From Chiloscyllium plagiosum (Eukaryota), in NCBI RefSeq assembly GCF_004010195.1, contig NC_057754.1, forward strand, positions 2,761,341 through 2,820,145: a stretch of DNA of 58,805 nt. The letters run 5' to 3'. The position numbers were made by a program, and so were the translations under genes. How positions within the stretch are numbered: the stretch's first letter is position 1; the number at the start of each line of letters is the position of its first letter. This document shows positions 36,939-49,085 of the stretch, one piece after another. The notes beneath the pieces were generated by a model, which was given only the letters and a program-made list of their open reading frames with translations, was not told where the DNA came from and did no database searches.

Positions 36939-37781
36939 AGAATTAAAGGATGCTTGGGGATGTTATATTCCTTAACTAAACCCATCAACACTTGCAAGGT
37001 TTTACTGTCTGGGGCCTCAGGAAAAATTAGGCTCCTAACTGAAAAAGTTGTGGGTCCACAAGCTGTCAGGAGAATTACTCATTGCTTTACATCTGCCCCA
37101 ATGACATTTGCCCGGAAAAATCTAATGCATTCTTTCCACCTACAGGGCCCAGTCTTTGATGGCAGGATCAAACAGGTCAAGCTTCCGAAATAACAGTATA
37201 CTGCCAGAAATGCTTACCCCAACTCAACGAGTTGTGAGTGAATTTCTTCAGAGTGTGCTTTTCTCCTGTTGCCAGTGAAATAACTCCACAGAGGCCAGTG
37301 TCCCGTCACCAGGTCACCCTTTATTTACACATGAAGGGTCCTTGACACGGATCCAGTTCCAGATCAGAGTGAACCCAACCTCTGATACTCCTGTTTTTTT
37401 TTAGAGGGGCAGGCAGTCGGCCCTAACGACCCCCTCCACGGCCCGCTGCCTCGACCTGTTCTCCTGTTTATTTCTTTTTTTTTCTTTTTACTACCACCTA
37501 AGTGCAGTAGTCCTTATTTTATCCCCAGCACCCATGGTGCGTGCATGTGCAGGTGTGAGACACAGTGAAAGGCACAAAGTGCACGAATCTTTATTCAAAT
37601 TCCACCACCAGGGAGATAGGAAAACACCCGGGTGGCCAGTGACAAACACTGCCCTTCACATCAAGATACTCCTGTTTATATCTGTCATCCAGGACTCCCT
37701 GATTGGACCAGATTAACTGCCCCAATCAGGGAACTCCTATTTTATGAGATCCACCTGGCTGACCTTATTACAATCACTACA
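36939..37781 (-). mobile_element. gag: Gypsy-type LTR retrotransposon remnant: 5' LTR (37276-37781), PBS-like site, decayed gag N-terminus (36939-37199)
   Basis: LTR TGTAGT..TTTCA with AATAAA, followed by TGGCAAC; translation LFRKLDLFDPAIKDWAL*VERM..FRANVIG..VILLTACGPTTFSVRSL..PEAPDSK, with stops. Confidence 0.75.
37397..37664 (-). mobile_element. Poly(A)-tailed insertion (L1/Tx1-type 3' UTR) inside the LTR
   Basis: 13-bp TSD GATACTCCTGTTT (37384-37396, 37665-37677); poly(T) at the left end. Confidence 0.75.
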
Positions 37782-37796
37782 GAAGTCATGCTCTTA

Positions 37797-38113
37797 GGGC
37801 ATCACAGTGGCTCAGTGGTTAGCACTGCTTCCTCACAGCGCCAGGGACCCGGGTTCAATTCCCGCCTCAGGCAACTCTCTGTGTGGAGTTTGCACATTCT
37901 CCTCGTGTCTGTGTGGGTTTCCTCCGGGTGCTCCGATTTCCTCCCACAGTCCAAAGATGTGCAGGCTAGGGTGAATTGGCCATGCTAAATTGCCCGTAGT
38001 GTTAGGTGGAGGGGTAAATGTAGGGGAATGGGTCTGGGTGGGTTGCTCTTCGGAGGGTCGGTGTGGACTTGTTGGGCCAAAGGGCCTGTTTCCACACTGT
38101 AGGGAATCTAATC
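37797..38113 (+). mobile_element. HE1-type V-SINE, full length
   Basis: Head, V domain and tail. Confidence 0.95.
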
Positions 38114-38114
38114 A

Positions 38115-38590
38115 ACAAATCTGCTGAAATTATTTGAGGATATGTAGAACATAGTGGAAAGGGGAGATCGGAATGTTGTTTACTTGAATTTTCAGAAGGC
38201 TTTTGTTAAGGTCCCACAGTTAAGGATAAAAGGGGGAAGATTTAACAGGGACCTAAGACACAACGTTTTCACACAGAGGGTGGTGTGTGTATGGAATGAG
38301 CTTCCAGAGGAAGTGGTGGAGGCTGGTATAATTACAACATTTAAAAGGCATCTAGGTGGGTATATGATAAGGGAGGGTTGAAGAGTGATATGGGCCAAGT
38401 GCTGGCAAATGGGACTGGAATAATTTAGGAAATTTGGTTGGCATGGACGAGTTGGAGCACAGGGTCTGCTTCGGTGCTGTACAACTCTATGACTAAAGTT
38501 GAATGGAGGTCATGTCCTGAAGTAGATTGACAACTGGTTGGCTGACAGGAAGCAAAGGGTAGAAATAAACAGATCTTGTAACTTGTAGGT
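38115..38590 (+). mobile_element. Old CR1 RT fragment with a younger CR1 3' end nested (about 38220-38493)
   Basis: VVYLNFQKAFVKVP, then FTQRVVCVWNELP. Confidence 0.75.
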
Positions 38591-38614
38591 TCTTGTCAGC
38601 TGTAACACGGGTTG

Positions 38615-38835
38615 GGTTCTGGTTAGCTGAATTGGCTGGATGGCTGATTTGCAACATAGAGTGAAGCAGCAGCATAGGTTCAATTCCTGCAGTGGCTGAG
38701 GTTATCGTGAAGGACTCTCCTTCTCAACTTTGCCCCTCGCCTGAGGCATGGTGACCTTCGGGTTAATCCACCAGCAATCGTGTCTTCATAATGAGCGAGC
38801 AGTCTATTGCTGTTTTAACACTACGGTCATTTTAC
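38615..38835 (+). mobile_element. tRNA-derived SINE (unassigned family)
   Basis: A box ttagctgaattgg, B box ggttcaattcc; related fragment near 40265-40340. Confidence 0.5.
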
Positions 38836-39594
38836 TCTAGCTCCCACGTCAATTTAGCTTTTAAATTGTCTTGATCTGCCTTTTCAGGACGTTTGATTGC
38901 CCTATACCATTGACATGATGTGGGAGGTTAACAGTGTGGAAAGCTTGGTGATCTTCTGAAATTGACATTTTGCTTAGTTGACTCTGCACTTCATTGATGT
39001 GTTCGTACTTGTGCACCTTTGAGGTGTGGTATTGCACTACCTTGTTGGTCACCTGTGGTTTGTTCTGGATCTGGCTTGGACTTGGGAATCAGCCCACTGT
39101 CCCTGGATTCCACGTGATGTGCAGATATCAGAAAAGGCTGGACCTGATTTTGGGCAGGTGGGACAAGCCATGACTGTTAACAGATTTTGTTTGGTGTGCT
39201 TTGCTGACAATGGAAGTAGTGTTGGCTGCACCTAAAGCATGTAATTGTTTTGGGCTGCCATTATAGCTTAATACTTGGATCCATCTTCAAGTAATGCATA
39301 AGTGGGCATATGATGTGCTCATACTTATGTCATCCCCCATAACAAAAGAAATTGGACATGGATATCACGATATTGAAGAATCTAATAGACATTATTACAA
39401 CTGACTGTTAGATACAAACATTATATTCCTCAGGCACATTGTTTCAGGTCTAACCTAAAGCTATTAGTTACAACAGAAAACAGCATTTTTCCAGTCGTGT
39501 GTCGTACTGCAGGAGATCCCAGCAGGAGATAGAATATGACCTTTATAACCTCAGGTCACATACTGTGGTGATATCATGAGCATGTTTCTTAAAG

Positions 39595-40029
39595 TTAAAA
39601 ATCACACAACACCAGATTATAGTCCAACCGGTTTATTTGGAAGCACTAGCTTTCGGAGCGTCACTCCTTCATCAGGTGATTGTGGAGGACACAATTCTAA
39701 GGCACAGAATTTATAGCAAAAATTTACAGTGTGATGTAACTGAGATTATACATTGAAAAAAACCTTGATTGTCTGTTGGGTCTTTGATCGAACAGATGAA
39801 AGATTCAACAGACAATCAAGGTTTTTTTCAATGTATAATCTCAGTTACATCACACTGTAAATTTTTGCTATAAATTCTGTGCCTTAGAATTGTGTCCTCC
39901 ACAACCACCTGATGAAGGAGCGACGCTCCGAAAGCTAGTGTGCTTCCAATTAAACCGGTTGGACTATAACCTGGTGTTGTGTGATTTTTAACTCTGTACA
40001 CCCCAGTCCAACACCGGCATCTCCAAATT
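39595..40029. mobile_element. Palindromic PLE family B element
   Basis: About 195-bp inverted arms; hammerhead motifs 39647-39675(-) and 39909-39937(+); 13-bp TSD ATGTTTCTTAAAG. Confidence 0.9.
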
Positions 40030-40644
40030 ATGTTTCTTAAAGGTTTACTGATATACTGACCGTGAGACTCAGTGCAACAGTGGCCAAACCGATTGAATCA
40101 CAGCTTGCAAATCCTTCCAACACTGGCCATGGCAGGCACTAAGGGAGGGGGAGATTCCTGGTCAGCCATGAGATGGATAGAACCTTGGAGTCTCTACCAT
40201 CACCAGCAAAAGCTCCAGGCTGCAACTTGTGTATAAAAGCCCAAGTTATGGTAGCAACTTCTACACAGTGGTTGGCTCAGTTGGCAGGACAGCAGATATG
40301 GATACTGGTGTTAGCAGCAAGGCGTTCAACCCCCCCCAATGCATCAAGGGTTGACGGCTAATTGAAGGCGGGCTGTCACGGGATGTAAGTGTTAGGAATA
40401 TTGTTGGAAATCCTACTCTCAAGTTGCTGAGGCGAACGATGACTGGATTAATTGTAAAACATTTTCCCCAGCACCTGCTCTGGGGGAAGACAGATAGTTA
40501 CAGTTCATCTATACAAATGGTCTTTCCTTGTTCTTAAGAATTTGAAAAGAAAACACACAGGCTGAAGTCCACTGGGCGCTACAGCATTGCTGCCTTTCCT
40601 CAAGATTAAAAAAAACTCTTGACGTGACTAGACTTGATGCAAAC

Positions 40645-40990
40645 AAGAAAGCAAGAATTTGCATTTCAGTCACGCCTTTCTGAACCCCTGGGCATTCCCA
40701 AAATGCTTCTCAGCCGATGTATCTTTGAAGTGCTATAATGTCAGAGATACAGTAGCCAATTTGAACATAGTAAGTTTCTACAAACAGGAATGCAATAGTG
40801 AGCATATCATCCCCTTAAATCATGATTGAGGTATAAAAATTGTCTCTTCCCAAGAGTGGCTATGGAATGTTTTATATCCACCTGAGAGGGCAGATGGGTT
40901 GCAATTCTCATGGCAGCTACTTCTGCAATAGAGTGTTAACATGAGCCTACTTTGACTGATTCAAAGACAAATATGCTCCCACCTAACTGT
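40645..40990 (-). mobile_element. Deu-domain SINE remnant
   Basis: aagaatttgcatttc..gcctttc tail; tttatatccacctgagagggcagatggg. Confidence 0.65.
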
Positions 40991-41092
40991 TTTATGATTG
41001 GATATGATCAGGGACATATGAGTATATTTGCCAAACACTAAGTCTGCTTGCTGGTATTAGTCTAGCCTCTGATACCATGTCCTAGGCAGTAG

Positions 41093-41262
41093 GTAGGCAG
41101 CATCCAACGAGCAGGGGAATTGACGTTTCGGGCAGATTCCTGAAGAAGGGCTCATGCCCGAAACGTCGATTCTCCTGTTCCTTGGATGCTGCCTGACCTG
41201 CTGCGCTTTTCCAGCAACACATTTTTCAGCTCTGATCTCCAGCATCTGCAGTCCTCACTTTC
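41093..41262. mobile_element. PLE family A mini-element with inversion, intact hammerhead motif 41140-41167(+)
   Basis: 13-bp TSD TCCTAGGCAGTAG (41080-41092, 41263-41275). Confidence 0.9.
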
Positions 41263-41390
41263 TCCTAGGCAGTAGATAAGCAAAATTTACAAAAATAGTA
41301 AATAGGGTTCTTCTGGCTACTTTACATGGCTACATGTAAGATATATGATTATCTTGAGACCCATCAGTTACAACTTAAGTGTAAGTACAG

Positions 41391-41888
41391 AGTCGAAGAG
41401 TGTGGTGCTGGAAAAGCACAGCCGATCAGGCAGCATCCGAGGAGCAGGAGAATCGATGTTTTGAGCATGAGCTCTTCATCAGGAACGCTTATGCTCATGA
41501 TTTGGAGGTGCCGGTGTTGGACTGGGGTGTACAAAGTTAAAAATCACACAACACCAGGTTATAGTCCAATAGGTTTAATTGGAAGCACACTAGCTTTCAA
41601 AGTGTTGCTCCTTCATCAGGTGATAGTGGAGGGCTCAATCCTACAGAATTTATAGCAAAAATTTACAATGTGATGTAACTGAAATTATACATTAAAAAAT
41701 TGATTGTTGAGTCTTTCATCTGTTTGAATACCATGATAGTTTCACTTCTTTCATGTGTAAATCACGTGAGCTTATGCTCAAAACGTCGATTCTCCTGCTC
41801 CCCAGATGCTGCCTGACCGGCTGTGCTTTTCCAGCAACACACTCTTCGACTCTGATCTCCAGCGTCTGCAGTCCTCGCTTTCTCCCTG
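41391..41888. mobile_element. Palindromic PLE family A element with a nested family B element (41498-41769, -)
   Basis: Outer TSD AAGTGTAAGT(A/G)CAG; inner TSD GCTTATGCTCA (41487-41497, 41770-41780). Confidence 0.85.
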
Positions 41889-41899
41889 AAGTGTAAGTG

Positions 41900-42049
41900 C
41901 AGTACAACCTCGGTTATCCCAACGTCAATTATCCAAATTTCGGATTATCTGAACAAGATCCCAAGGTCCCGTAATCAGTCATCTGAGCAATCAGTTATCC
42001 AAACAAAATACACCCCGCCCGGCTCATTCAGATAATTGAAGTTGTCCTG
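41900..42049. mobile_element. Tc1/mariner (Tigger/pogo-like) MITE
   Basis: Imperfect TIRs CAGTACAACCTCGGTTATCC / cagataattgaagttgtcctg, followed by TA. Confidence 0.65.
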
Positions 42050-42056
42050 TACGTGC

Positions 42057-43740
42057 TGGTGGGGTGGAAGGGTGTTTTTCTAGTGGTGTTCCACAGGGAT
42101 CAGTCTTAGGCCCGCTGCTGTATTTATGGATGATCTGGGGGAAAATGTGAATGGTTTGATTAGTAAGTGTGCAGATGACACGAAGTTACTGACAGTGCCG
42201 ACGATTGTGAAAGGACACAACAGAATATCAATAGATTGGCGACAAAGGCATGGAAATGGCAGACGGAGTTTAATCCAAATAAATGGGCCGAGCGGTGGGC
42301 GTGATCTGTGTGGACTTCAGTAAGGCGTTCAACAAGGTTCCCCATGGGAGACTGGTTAGCAAGGTCAGATCTCATGGAATACGGGAGAATTAGCTATTTA
42401 GATACAGAACTGGCTTAAAAGTAGAAGACAGAGGGTGGTGGTGGAGAGTTGTTTTTCAGACTGGAGGCCTGTGACCAGTGGAGTGCCACAAGGATCGGTG
42501 CTGGGTCCACTACTTTTCGTCATTTATGTAAATGATTTGGATGCGAGCATAAGAGGTATCGTTAGTAAGTTTGCAGATGACACCAAAATTGGAGGTGTAG
42601 TGGACAACGAAGAAGGTTACCTCAGATTTTGGGTGGCACGGCGGCACGGTGGCACAGTGGTTAGCACTGCTGCCTCACAGTGCCAGAGACCCGGGTTCAA
42701 TTCCCGCCTTAGGCGACTGACTGTGTGGAGTTTGCACATTCTCCCCGTGTCTGCGTGGGTTTCCTCCGGGTGCTCCGGTTTCCTCCCACAGTCTAAAGAT
42801 GTGCAGGTCAGGTGAATTGGTCATGCTAAATTCCCCGTAGTGTTAGGTAAGGGATAAATGTAGGGGTATGGGTGGGTTGCGCTTCGGCGGGTCGGTGTGG
42901 ACTTGCTGGGCCGAAGTGCCTGTTTCCACACTGTAAATAATCTAATCTAATCTAATCTAAAATGGGAGGCAGTGCATTTAGGTGTGAATCGTACTGTAAA
43001 TGGCAGAAACCTCAGGAACATTAGCTTACAAACTGTGCAGGTCCACAGTTCCCTAAAAGTAACAACACCAGTGACCAAGGTGCTTAAGAAGGCATCTGGC
43101 ATGCTGACCTTCATCAACCGGGACATGGAGTACAAGAGTTGGCAAACCATGTTGTAGCTTTATAAACCTCTTGTTAGGCTGCATTTGGAGTATTGTGCGC
43201 AGTTTTGATCGCCACACCACCAGAAGGACGTGGAAGCTTTGGAGAGAGTGCAGAGGAGGTTCACCAGGATGCTGCCTGGCCTCGAAGGCATTGGCCAATG
43301 AGGAAAGGTTACTAAAGGCTAGGCTTGTTCTCACTGGAAAGACGGCGGCTGAGAGGAGATCTGATCGAGGTCTACACAATTGTGAGGAGCAGAGATAGGG
43401 TGGATTAGTCAGAGGCTTTATCCCCAGGGTTGAAGTTTCAATTACAAGGGGGGGGGCACAGATTTAAGGTGAGAGAGGGAAAGTTTAAAGGGGATGTATG
43501 AAAGATGTTTTTCACACAGAGGGGGCAGGAGTTTGAAATGCACTGTCAGACGATGTATTGGAAGCAGGGACGTTGGTAACATTTAAGTGGCATCTGGATG
43601 GTTACATGAATAGGGAGGGAACAGACCAAATAAGGGCAGAAAGTTTGTCTTTTACTTTAGTTAGGGCATGATGATCAGCACAGGCTTGGAGGGCCGAAGG
43701 GCCTGTTCCTGTGTTGTCGTTCTCTTTCGCTCTTTGTACT
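42057..43740 (+). mobile_element. Composite CR1 LINE RT/3' fragments
   Basis: TSGVPQGSVLGPLLFVIYVNDL..VSKFADDTK; 3' hairpin gggccgaagggcct. Confidence 0.88.
42631..42960 (+). mobile_element. HE1-type V-SINE nested in CR1
   Basis: Head (first 10 nt duplicated), V domain, (AATCT)n tail. Confidence 0.95.
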
Positions 43741-44957
43741 TCAGCTACACACTTTTAATACTAAGAGTAACAACTCTGGAACTGGTTAGCGCTTTCCAGG
43801 AGTAGTTCGATGTAACCTGATAGGTGGAGCTTATCTTGTGATTCCATTTAGCCCTTTCAGACCTTAAACAACACCAACCACTTGTGGGACACAGTAAACA
43901 AGGGCATACATTCCTGTTACTTGAAGAGTGATCCTACTGGCCAGTTTTCCATCCCTTTGTAACCTAATCAGCCATTTGGTTTGAATTGAGTAATACTTAG
44001 CAGAGAACCCAACCTTGTTCTATTTAATGTCTGTGCCCTTCCAGTCAGCAGTAAAGGCCTGTGAACCTGTTAGGGTTAATTCTGCTGCGAGCTGTTGTTG
44101 CTGTTCATGATTAGGAGCCAAGTCTTGCAAGTACAGAGATCCTCAATCAGGCTAATGAGGCTGTAGTGATCTTGTTGTGCTCCCACATCTGGAACTAATT
44201 TGTGTATTTTTCAGGCCGTTTTTCTGGAACTTTGGAAAGAAAGCTGCAATCCAGCAGAGGGGCGTGAGGGGCTGTCGTGGGGAGGGGAAGGAACTGGCGC
44301 AGACAACCCTCCAGGTGGGATGGCTTGGCAGATGAGCGAGATGCCCTCCTTTTTTTTCCTGTCTATCTCTCTCTCTCACACACACACAAAACCTGGAGTC
44401 CCACTGAACTTGTAAACTCTCCTGCAGTTGTCACGAGCTTGTTGCTCATTTAAAAAATCTGTTTTCTGTTTCTGTATCTCTCTCAAGGACATTTCTTGAG
44501 CGCAGTTAATTTGCCCGGACTTATGATTTGGGTCCTCATCATTTGACTTTCATTAGAACTATTGCAGAGAAAAGACAAGGGTGGGAATTGAATGTCAGGC
44601 TGTCTTCAGCTCTTCGCCTGAGAGACACTGATTCCTGTTTTGGCCTGACTGTCATTTGCTTGGCTGTTCCACTACAGGAAGCATCACAGCCAATAGAATT
44701 TCACTCCTCAATCGTTTTTCTTGCATCAAGCCCCGAAAGAAGGGTGTGTCATAAAATATGAAGGCTCTCAGGTATGGATTTTATTCACCCAGTTCTCTTT
44801 CCTACTGAGGTCTTTGAATAGAGGGATCGTGGAGATGAATGCAGATGGGTGTATTAATTCAAATTTTAAATGTAGTGTCGATCTCGCTGTCCGTGCACCT
44901 TCTCTGCAGCAGTAACATCATATTCCCCGCTCTATTCTATCACCCTATGATCTTACC

Positions 44958-45297
44958 ATAGAGTCCCTGCTATGTAGAAACAGGCCCAACAAGTCCACGC
45001 CGACCCTCTGAAGAGTATCCCCCCCAGACCCATTCCCCTGTAACCCTGCATTTCCCATGGATATTACACCCAGCCACCACACACCTGGACACCATAGCCA
45101 ATTTAGCGTGGCCAATCCTACACCCTGACCTGCACATCTTTGGACTGTGGAAGGAAACCAAAGCCCCTGAAAGAAACCCACGCAGACACGGGGAGAATGT
45201 ACAAACTCCACACAGACAGTTGCCTGAGGCTGGAATCGAACCCAGGTCCCTGACGCTGTGAGGTAACAGTGCTAACCACTGGGCCATCATGCCTCCC
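44958..45297 (-). mobile_element. HE1-type V-SINE
   Basis: Head, V domain and tail. Confidence 0.9.
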
Positions 45298-45307
45298 AAA
45301 GATCATA

Positions 45308-45680
45308 CCATCTTGTGAATGTTCTTGTAAATCTTTTCCGAACCCTTCCAAGTTTCAAAATATCTTCCCGAAAGCCGGGAGGCCAGAGCTGAATGCAATA
45401 CTCCTGTACAGCTGCAACATGACAACGCAACAATGCGCTGACCAATAAAGGAGAGCATACCAAATGCCTTCTTCACTATCCTATCTACCTGCAACTTCAC
45501 CTTCAACGAATTATGAACTTGTACCCCAAGGTCTCTTGGCTCAGCCATACTCCCCAGGACCTTACCGGCAAGTGTATAAGCCCTGCCCTGATTTGCCTTT
45601 CCAAAATGCAGCACCTCACTTCTATCTAAATTAAACTCCATCTGCCACACCTCGGCCCATTGGGCCACCCGATCATTAAA
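45308..45680 (-). mobile_element. CR1 LINE fragment
   Basis: WAEVWQMEFNLDRSEVLHFGKAN..RDLGVQVH..KKAFGML. Confidence 0.88.
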
Positions 45681-46662
45681 ACCACAGAAGGACTGGGAGT
45701 AAACAGACTCCAGCATTTAGATTAAAAATCTGTCTATCTCAGCCTTGAATATACTTAACAATCCAGGCTTGGCAGCCCTCTGAGGGAAAGAATTCACTAC
45801 CCTCTAAAAGAAAAAGAAAGCCTCTTAATCCTTGTCTTAAATGAGTAACCCCTTACTCTGAGTTAATGTTCTCTAGTCCCAGACTCTCCCACAAGGGGAA
45901 ACAACCTCTCTGCATCTACTCTGTCGAGCCCCTCGAAGAAACTTATATATTTTGATAAGGTCTGTTTCCTTCTAAACTTCAGTGAGTACAAACCCGATCT
46001 ATTCCACTTTCCTTCATATGACGGTCCTTCCACACCTTCATTCAACTGAGTGAATCTTCTCTAGACTGCCTCCAATGACCATGTATCTTCCCTTTCGTTG
46101 AGGGAACCCAAACTGTTCTGGCTGTGACCTTGCATAATTTTAGCAAAACCTCTCTATTTTTATATTCCATTCTCCTCGGAATGGAGACCAACATTCCATT
46201 AGACTTCTCTATTAGCCTCTGGCAATTGGATGACAGCGTTTTACGATGCAAGCACTCGGATCGCCAGTCCCTCCAGCTTTCTGCAGTCGGTCCCCATTTA
46301 AATCATACGCAGCTGTATTCTTGCCATATTTCCTCACATTATATTCCATCTGCCAATTTTTTTCCCACTCACTTAACCTGTGTCATCCTCCTCACCTATT
46401 TTTGTATCAGCTGCAAATCTGATACGATACATTCACTTCTGTCATCCAAGTTATTAACATATATTGATCCCTGAGGCACCCTGCTAGTTATAGGTTGTCA
46501 TCCTGAAAATGATTCTTTATCCCAACTGCGTCTTCTGTTAGTTTGCCAATCCTCTATGCATTTTAGTACACTACTTCCAATACTATGCACACATTTAACA
46601 TGTCGTGCCAAATCTACATGTCATCCATGCCAAAACTACATGAACGTGTTATGTTCTGTGAT

Positions 46663-46751
46663 TGAAATGTGTTGCTGGAAAAGCGCAGCAGGTCAGGCAG
46701 CATCTAGGGAACAGGAGAATCGACGTTTCGGGCATTAGCCCTTCTTCAGGA
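46663..46751 (-). mobile_element. PLE family A end, intact hammerhead motif 46722-46749
   Basis: Minus strand CTGAAGA-A-GGGC-TAAT-GCCC-GAAA-C-GTC. Confidence 0.85.
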
Positions 46752-46803
46752 TGTTCTGTGAGTGCCTCCTTTATAATAGACACTAATGGCTTCCCAGTGA
46801 CTG

Positions 46804-47112
46804 ATTAGATTAGATTCCCTACAGTGTGGAAACAGGCCCTTCGGCTCACCGAGTCCACACCGACCCTCCGAAGAGCAACCCACCCAGACCCGTTCCCCTA
46901 CATTTACCCCTGCACCCAATACTACGGGCAATTTAGCACGGCCAATCCACCCAAACCTGCACATTTTTGGACTGTGGGAGGAAACCGGAGCACCCGGAGG
47001 AAACCCACGCAGACACGGGGAGAATGTGCAAACTCCACACAGACCATTGCCCGACCCGGGTCCCTGGCGCTGATGAGGCAGCAGTGCTAACCACTGAGCC
47101 ACCATGCTGCCC
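46804..47112 (-). mobile_element. HE1-type V-SINE
   Basis: Head, V domain and tail. Confidence 0.95.
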
Positions 47113-47437
47113 CACCACCCCCGATGTTAAGCTAACTGGCCGATAGTTGCCTGAACCTTTTGTCATCCTCTCTTTTTTGAATAAGGGTGCTACGCTGGCA
47201 GTTTTCCAGTCGTCTGGGATTTTTCCAGAATCTAAAGATTCTTGGAAAATTACTCCTGGTGCATTTCACTATTTCTGTTGCGACTTCCTTTAAAATCCGA
47301 GCTTGCAGCCCATCAGGTTGGAGGGCCTACTCAGACTTTAACCCTATTGGTTTCCCTAGTACTTTTTCTCTAGTGATTGATGTTGGGATTATTTCCTTCC
47401 CTCCTTTAGACCCTTGATTATTTTGTGATTTTCGGAA

Positions 47438-47494
47438 GCATTCAAAAGAGGTTTACCAGGACGTTGCCGGGTAAGGAAGGTTTGAGTTATAAGG

Positions 47495-47541
<47 letters not shown>

Positions 47542-47630
47542 TGTTTAGTTTGGGATAACGTTCAGCGTGAACTGAAAGGGTTGAACTGAACGGTCTGTTT
47601 CTCTGTTGTATGACTCTTTGACTCTATGAC
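47438..47630 (+). mobile_element. CR1 3' fragments joined by a poly-G run
   Basis: gaggtttaccaggacgttgccggg..(G)41..tatgactctttgactctatgac. Confidence 0.65.
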
Positions 47631-47994
47631 AAGACATCAGTGAAAAGTGAAACAAAGTCTTTATTCAACTCTTCTGCCACACCCACTGATCCTCTCCGCC
47701 TTTCCCGTAGCCTTTATACAATCTCACCTGACCACTGCACCCTCTTCCCCCAACCTCTATTTCCTCTTTCCTCAGTCTTATAGCATTTCCTCTGACCACT
47801 GAGACTCCTTCCCAGCATTTACTCCCCCTCCCTCAGATGGACCCTCCATCTTCAACTTCTACTGCCAACTCTCTGACCTTTATCCCTCACTTCCCAATCT
47901 GAACACACTCCTTCTCCAGCATCTGCTATCACTTCCTCAGCCTCTGTACACTCTCCAAACCTTAAACCCCTCCCAAATCTCTTCTATACCCTGT

Positions 47995-49085
47995 ACTATT
48001 CATTTATTGATTAATCGTTGTCACATGTACCTAAGTACAGTGAGTTTTGTTTGGTGAGCAGCAAAGGCAGATCATAACAAACAAGTTCATACAGATGCTT
48101 AGTTAAAAATCACACAATACTAGGTTATAGTCCAACAGGTTTATTTGGAAGCACTAGCTTTCGGAGCGCCGCTCTTTCATCAGTTGACAATCAGGAGCGT
48201 CGCTCCGAAAGCTAGTGTGCTTCCAATTAAACCTGTTGGACTATAAGCTGATGTTGTGTGATTTTTAACTTTGTATACCCCAGTCCAACACCCACATCTC
48301 CGAATCATGACTAATACAGATGCTTAAACAGATGCTTAGACAGATTGAAGCATTACCAATACACAGGAGATGTAAAAAGGAAGGTCAACATTAGATCTGA
48401 AATTAGAGAGGTCCATTCAGCACTCTGATGTCAACAGGGAAGAAGCTGGTCCTGAACCTGTCGGTGCATGTGTTCAAGCTTCTGCCTGTTGGAAGAGAGC
48501 ATTACTGAGGGGGGGGGGGGGGGGGGGGGGGGCGGGGATCTTTGATGACATTGGCAGCTTTTCCATGGCAACAAAAAGTGTGAATAAAGTCCATGGATGG
48601 AAGATTGGCTTCCATTATGGTCTGGACTGCGGGCACAACTTTGTGTAGTTTCTTAAGTTCCTGGGCAGACTGCTTGCCACACAAGCTGTTATGCACCTGG
48701 GTAGAACGCTTTCTGTGGGGCATCAATAGAAGTTGGTGAGGGTCCCAAACTTCATAAGCCTCCTGAGGATGGAGAGGCGTTGCTGTGCCTTCCTGACTGT
48801 TACACCTACGTGGGAGCCCCAGAACAGATTGTCAGTTATCGTCACTCTTGACGCTCTCGACTCTCTCTCCACCTTGGCTCCATTGATGTAGATGGAGGAG
48901 TGACCTCCTCCTTTCTTCCTGAAGTCAATGATCAGCTCTTTTGTTTTGCTAACATCGGGCGAGAGATTGGTACGATTGCACCATGACACCAAGCACTCAA
49001 TCTCCTCATTCATTCATTGTTTGACATCCGGCCTACAACTGTGGTGTCAGGAGCAAACTTGTAATTGGCGTTTGTATGAAATTTG
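47995..49085 (-). mobile_element. Rex1/Babar-type LINE, RT C-terminus and 3' end
   Basis: LVSWCNRTNL..VSKTKELIIDFRK..ITDNLFW..RKAQQRLSILRRLMKFG. Confidence 0.8.
48102..48313. mobile_element. Palindromic PLE family B mini-element nested in the Rex LINE
   Basis: Inverted arms; 13-bp TSD ATACAGATGCTTA (48089-48101, 48314-48326). Confidence 0.88.

Larger units (their letters stand above)
45725..47420 (-). mobile_element. Old CR1 LINE fragments interrupted by a PLE end and HE1
   Basis: GNYRPVSLTS motif at about 47120-47150; GLDRVDAERLFPLVGES. Confidence 0.7.

Noticed and set aside
38861..39240. Possible minus-strand coding exon
   Set aside because: Stops in all frames across the region and no recognisable homology
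47498..47538. 41-nt poly-G (also 24 G at 48509-48532) as a functional G-quadruplex
   Set aside because: Both lie inside LINE fragments; the first replaces missing CR1 sequence, consistent with a sequencing/assembly artefact or slippage
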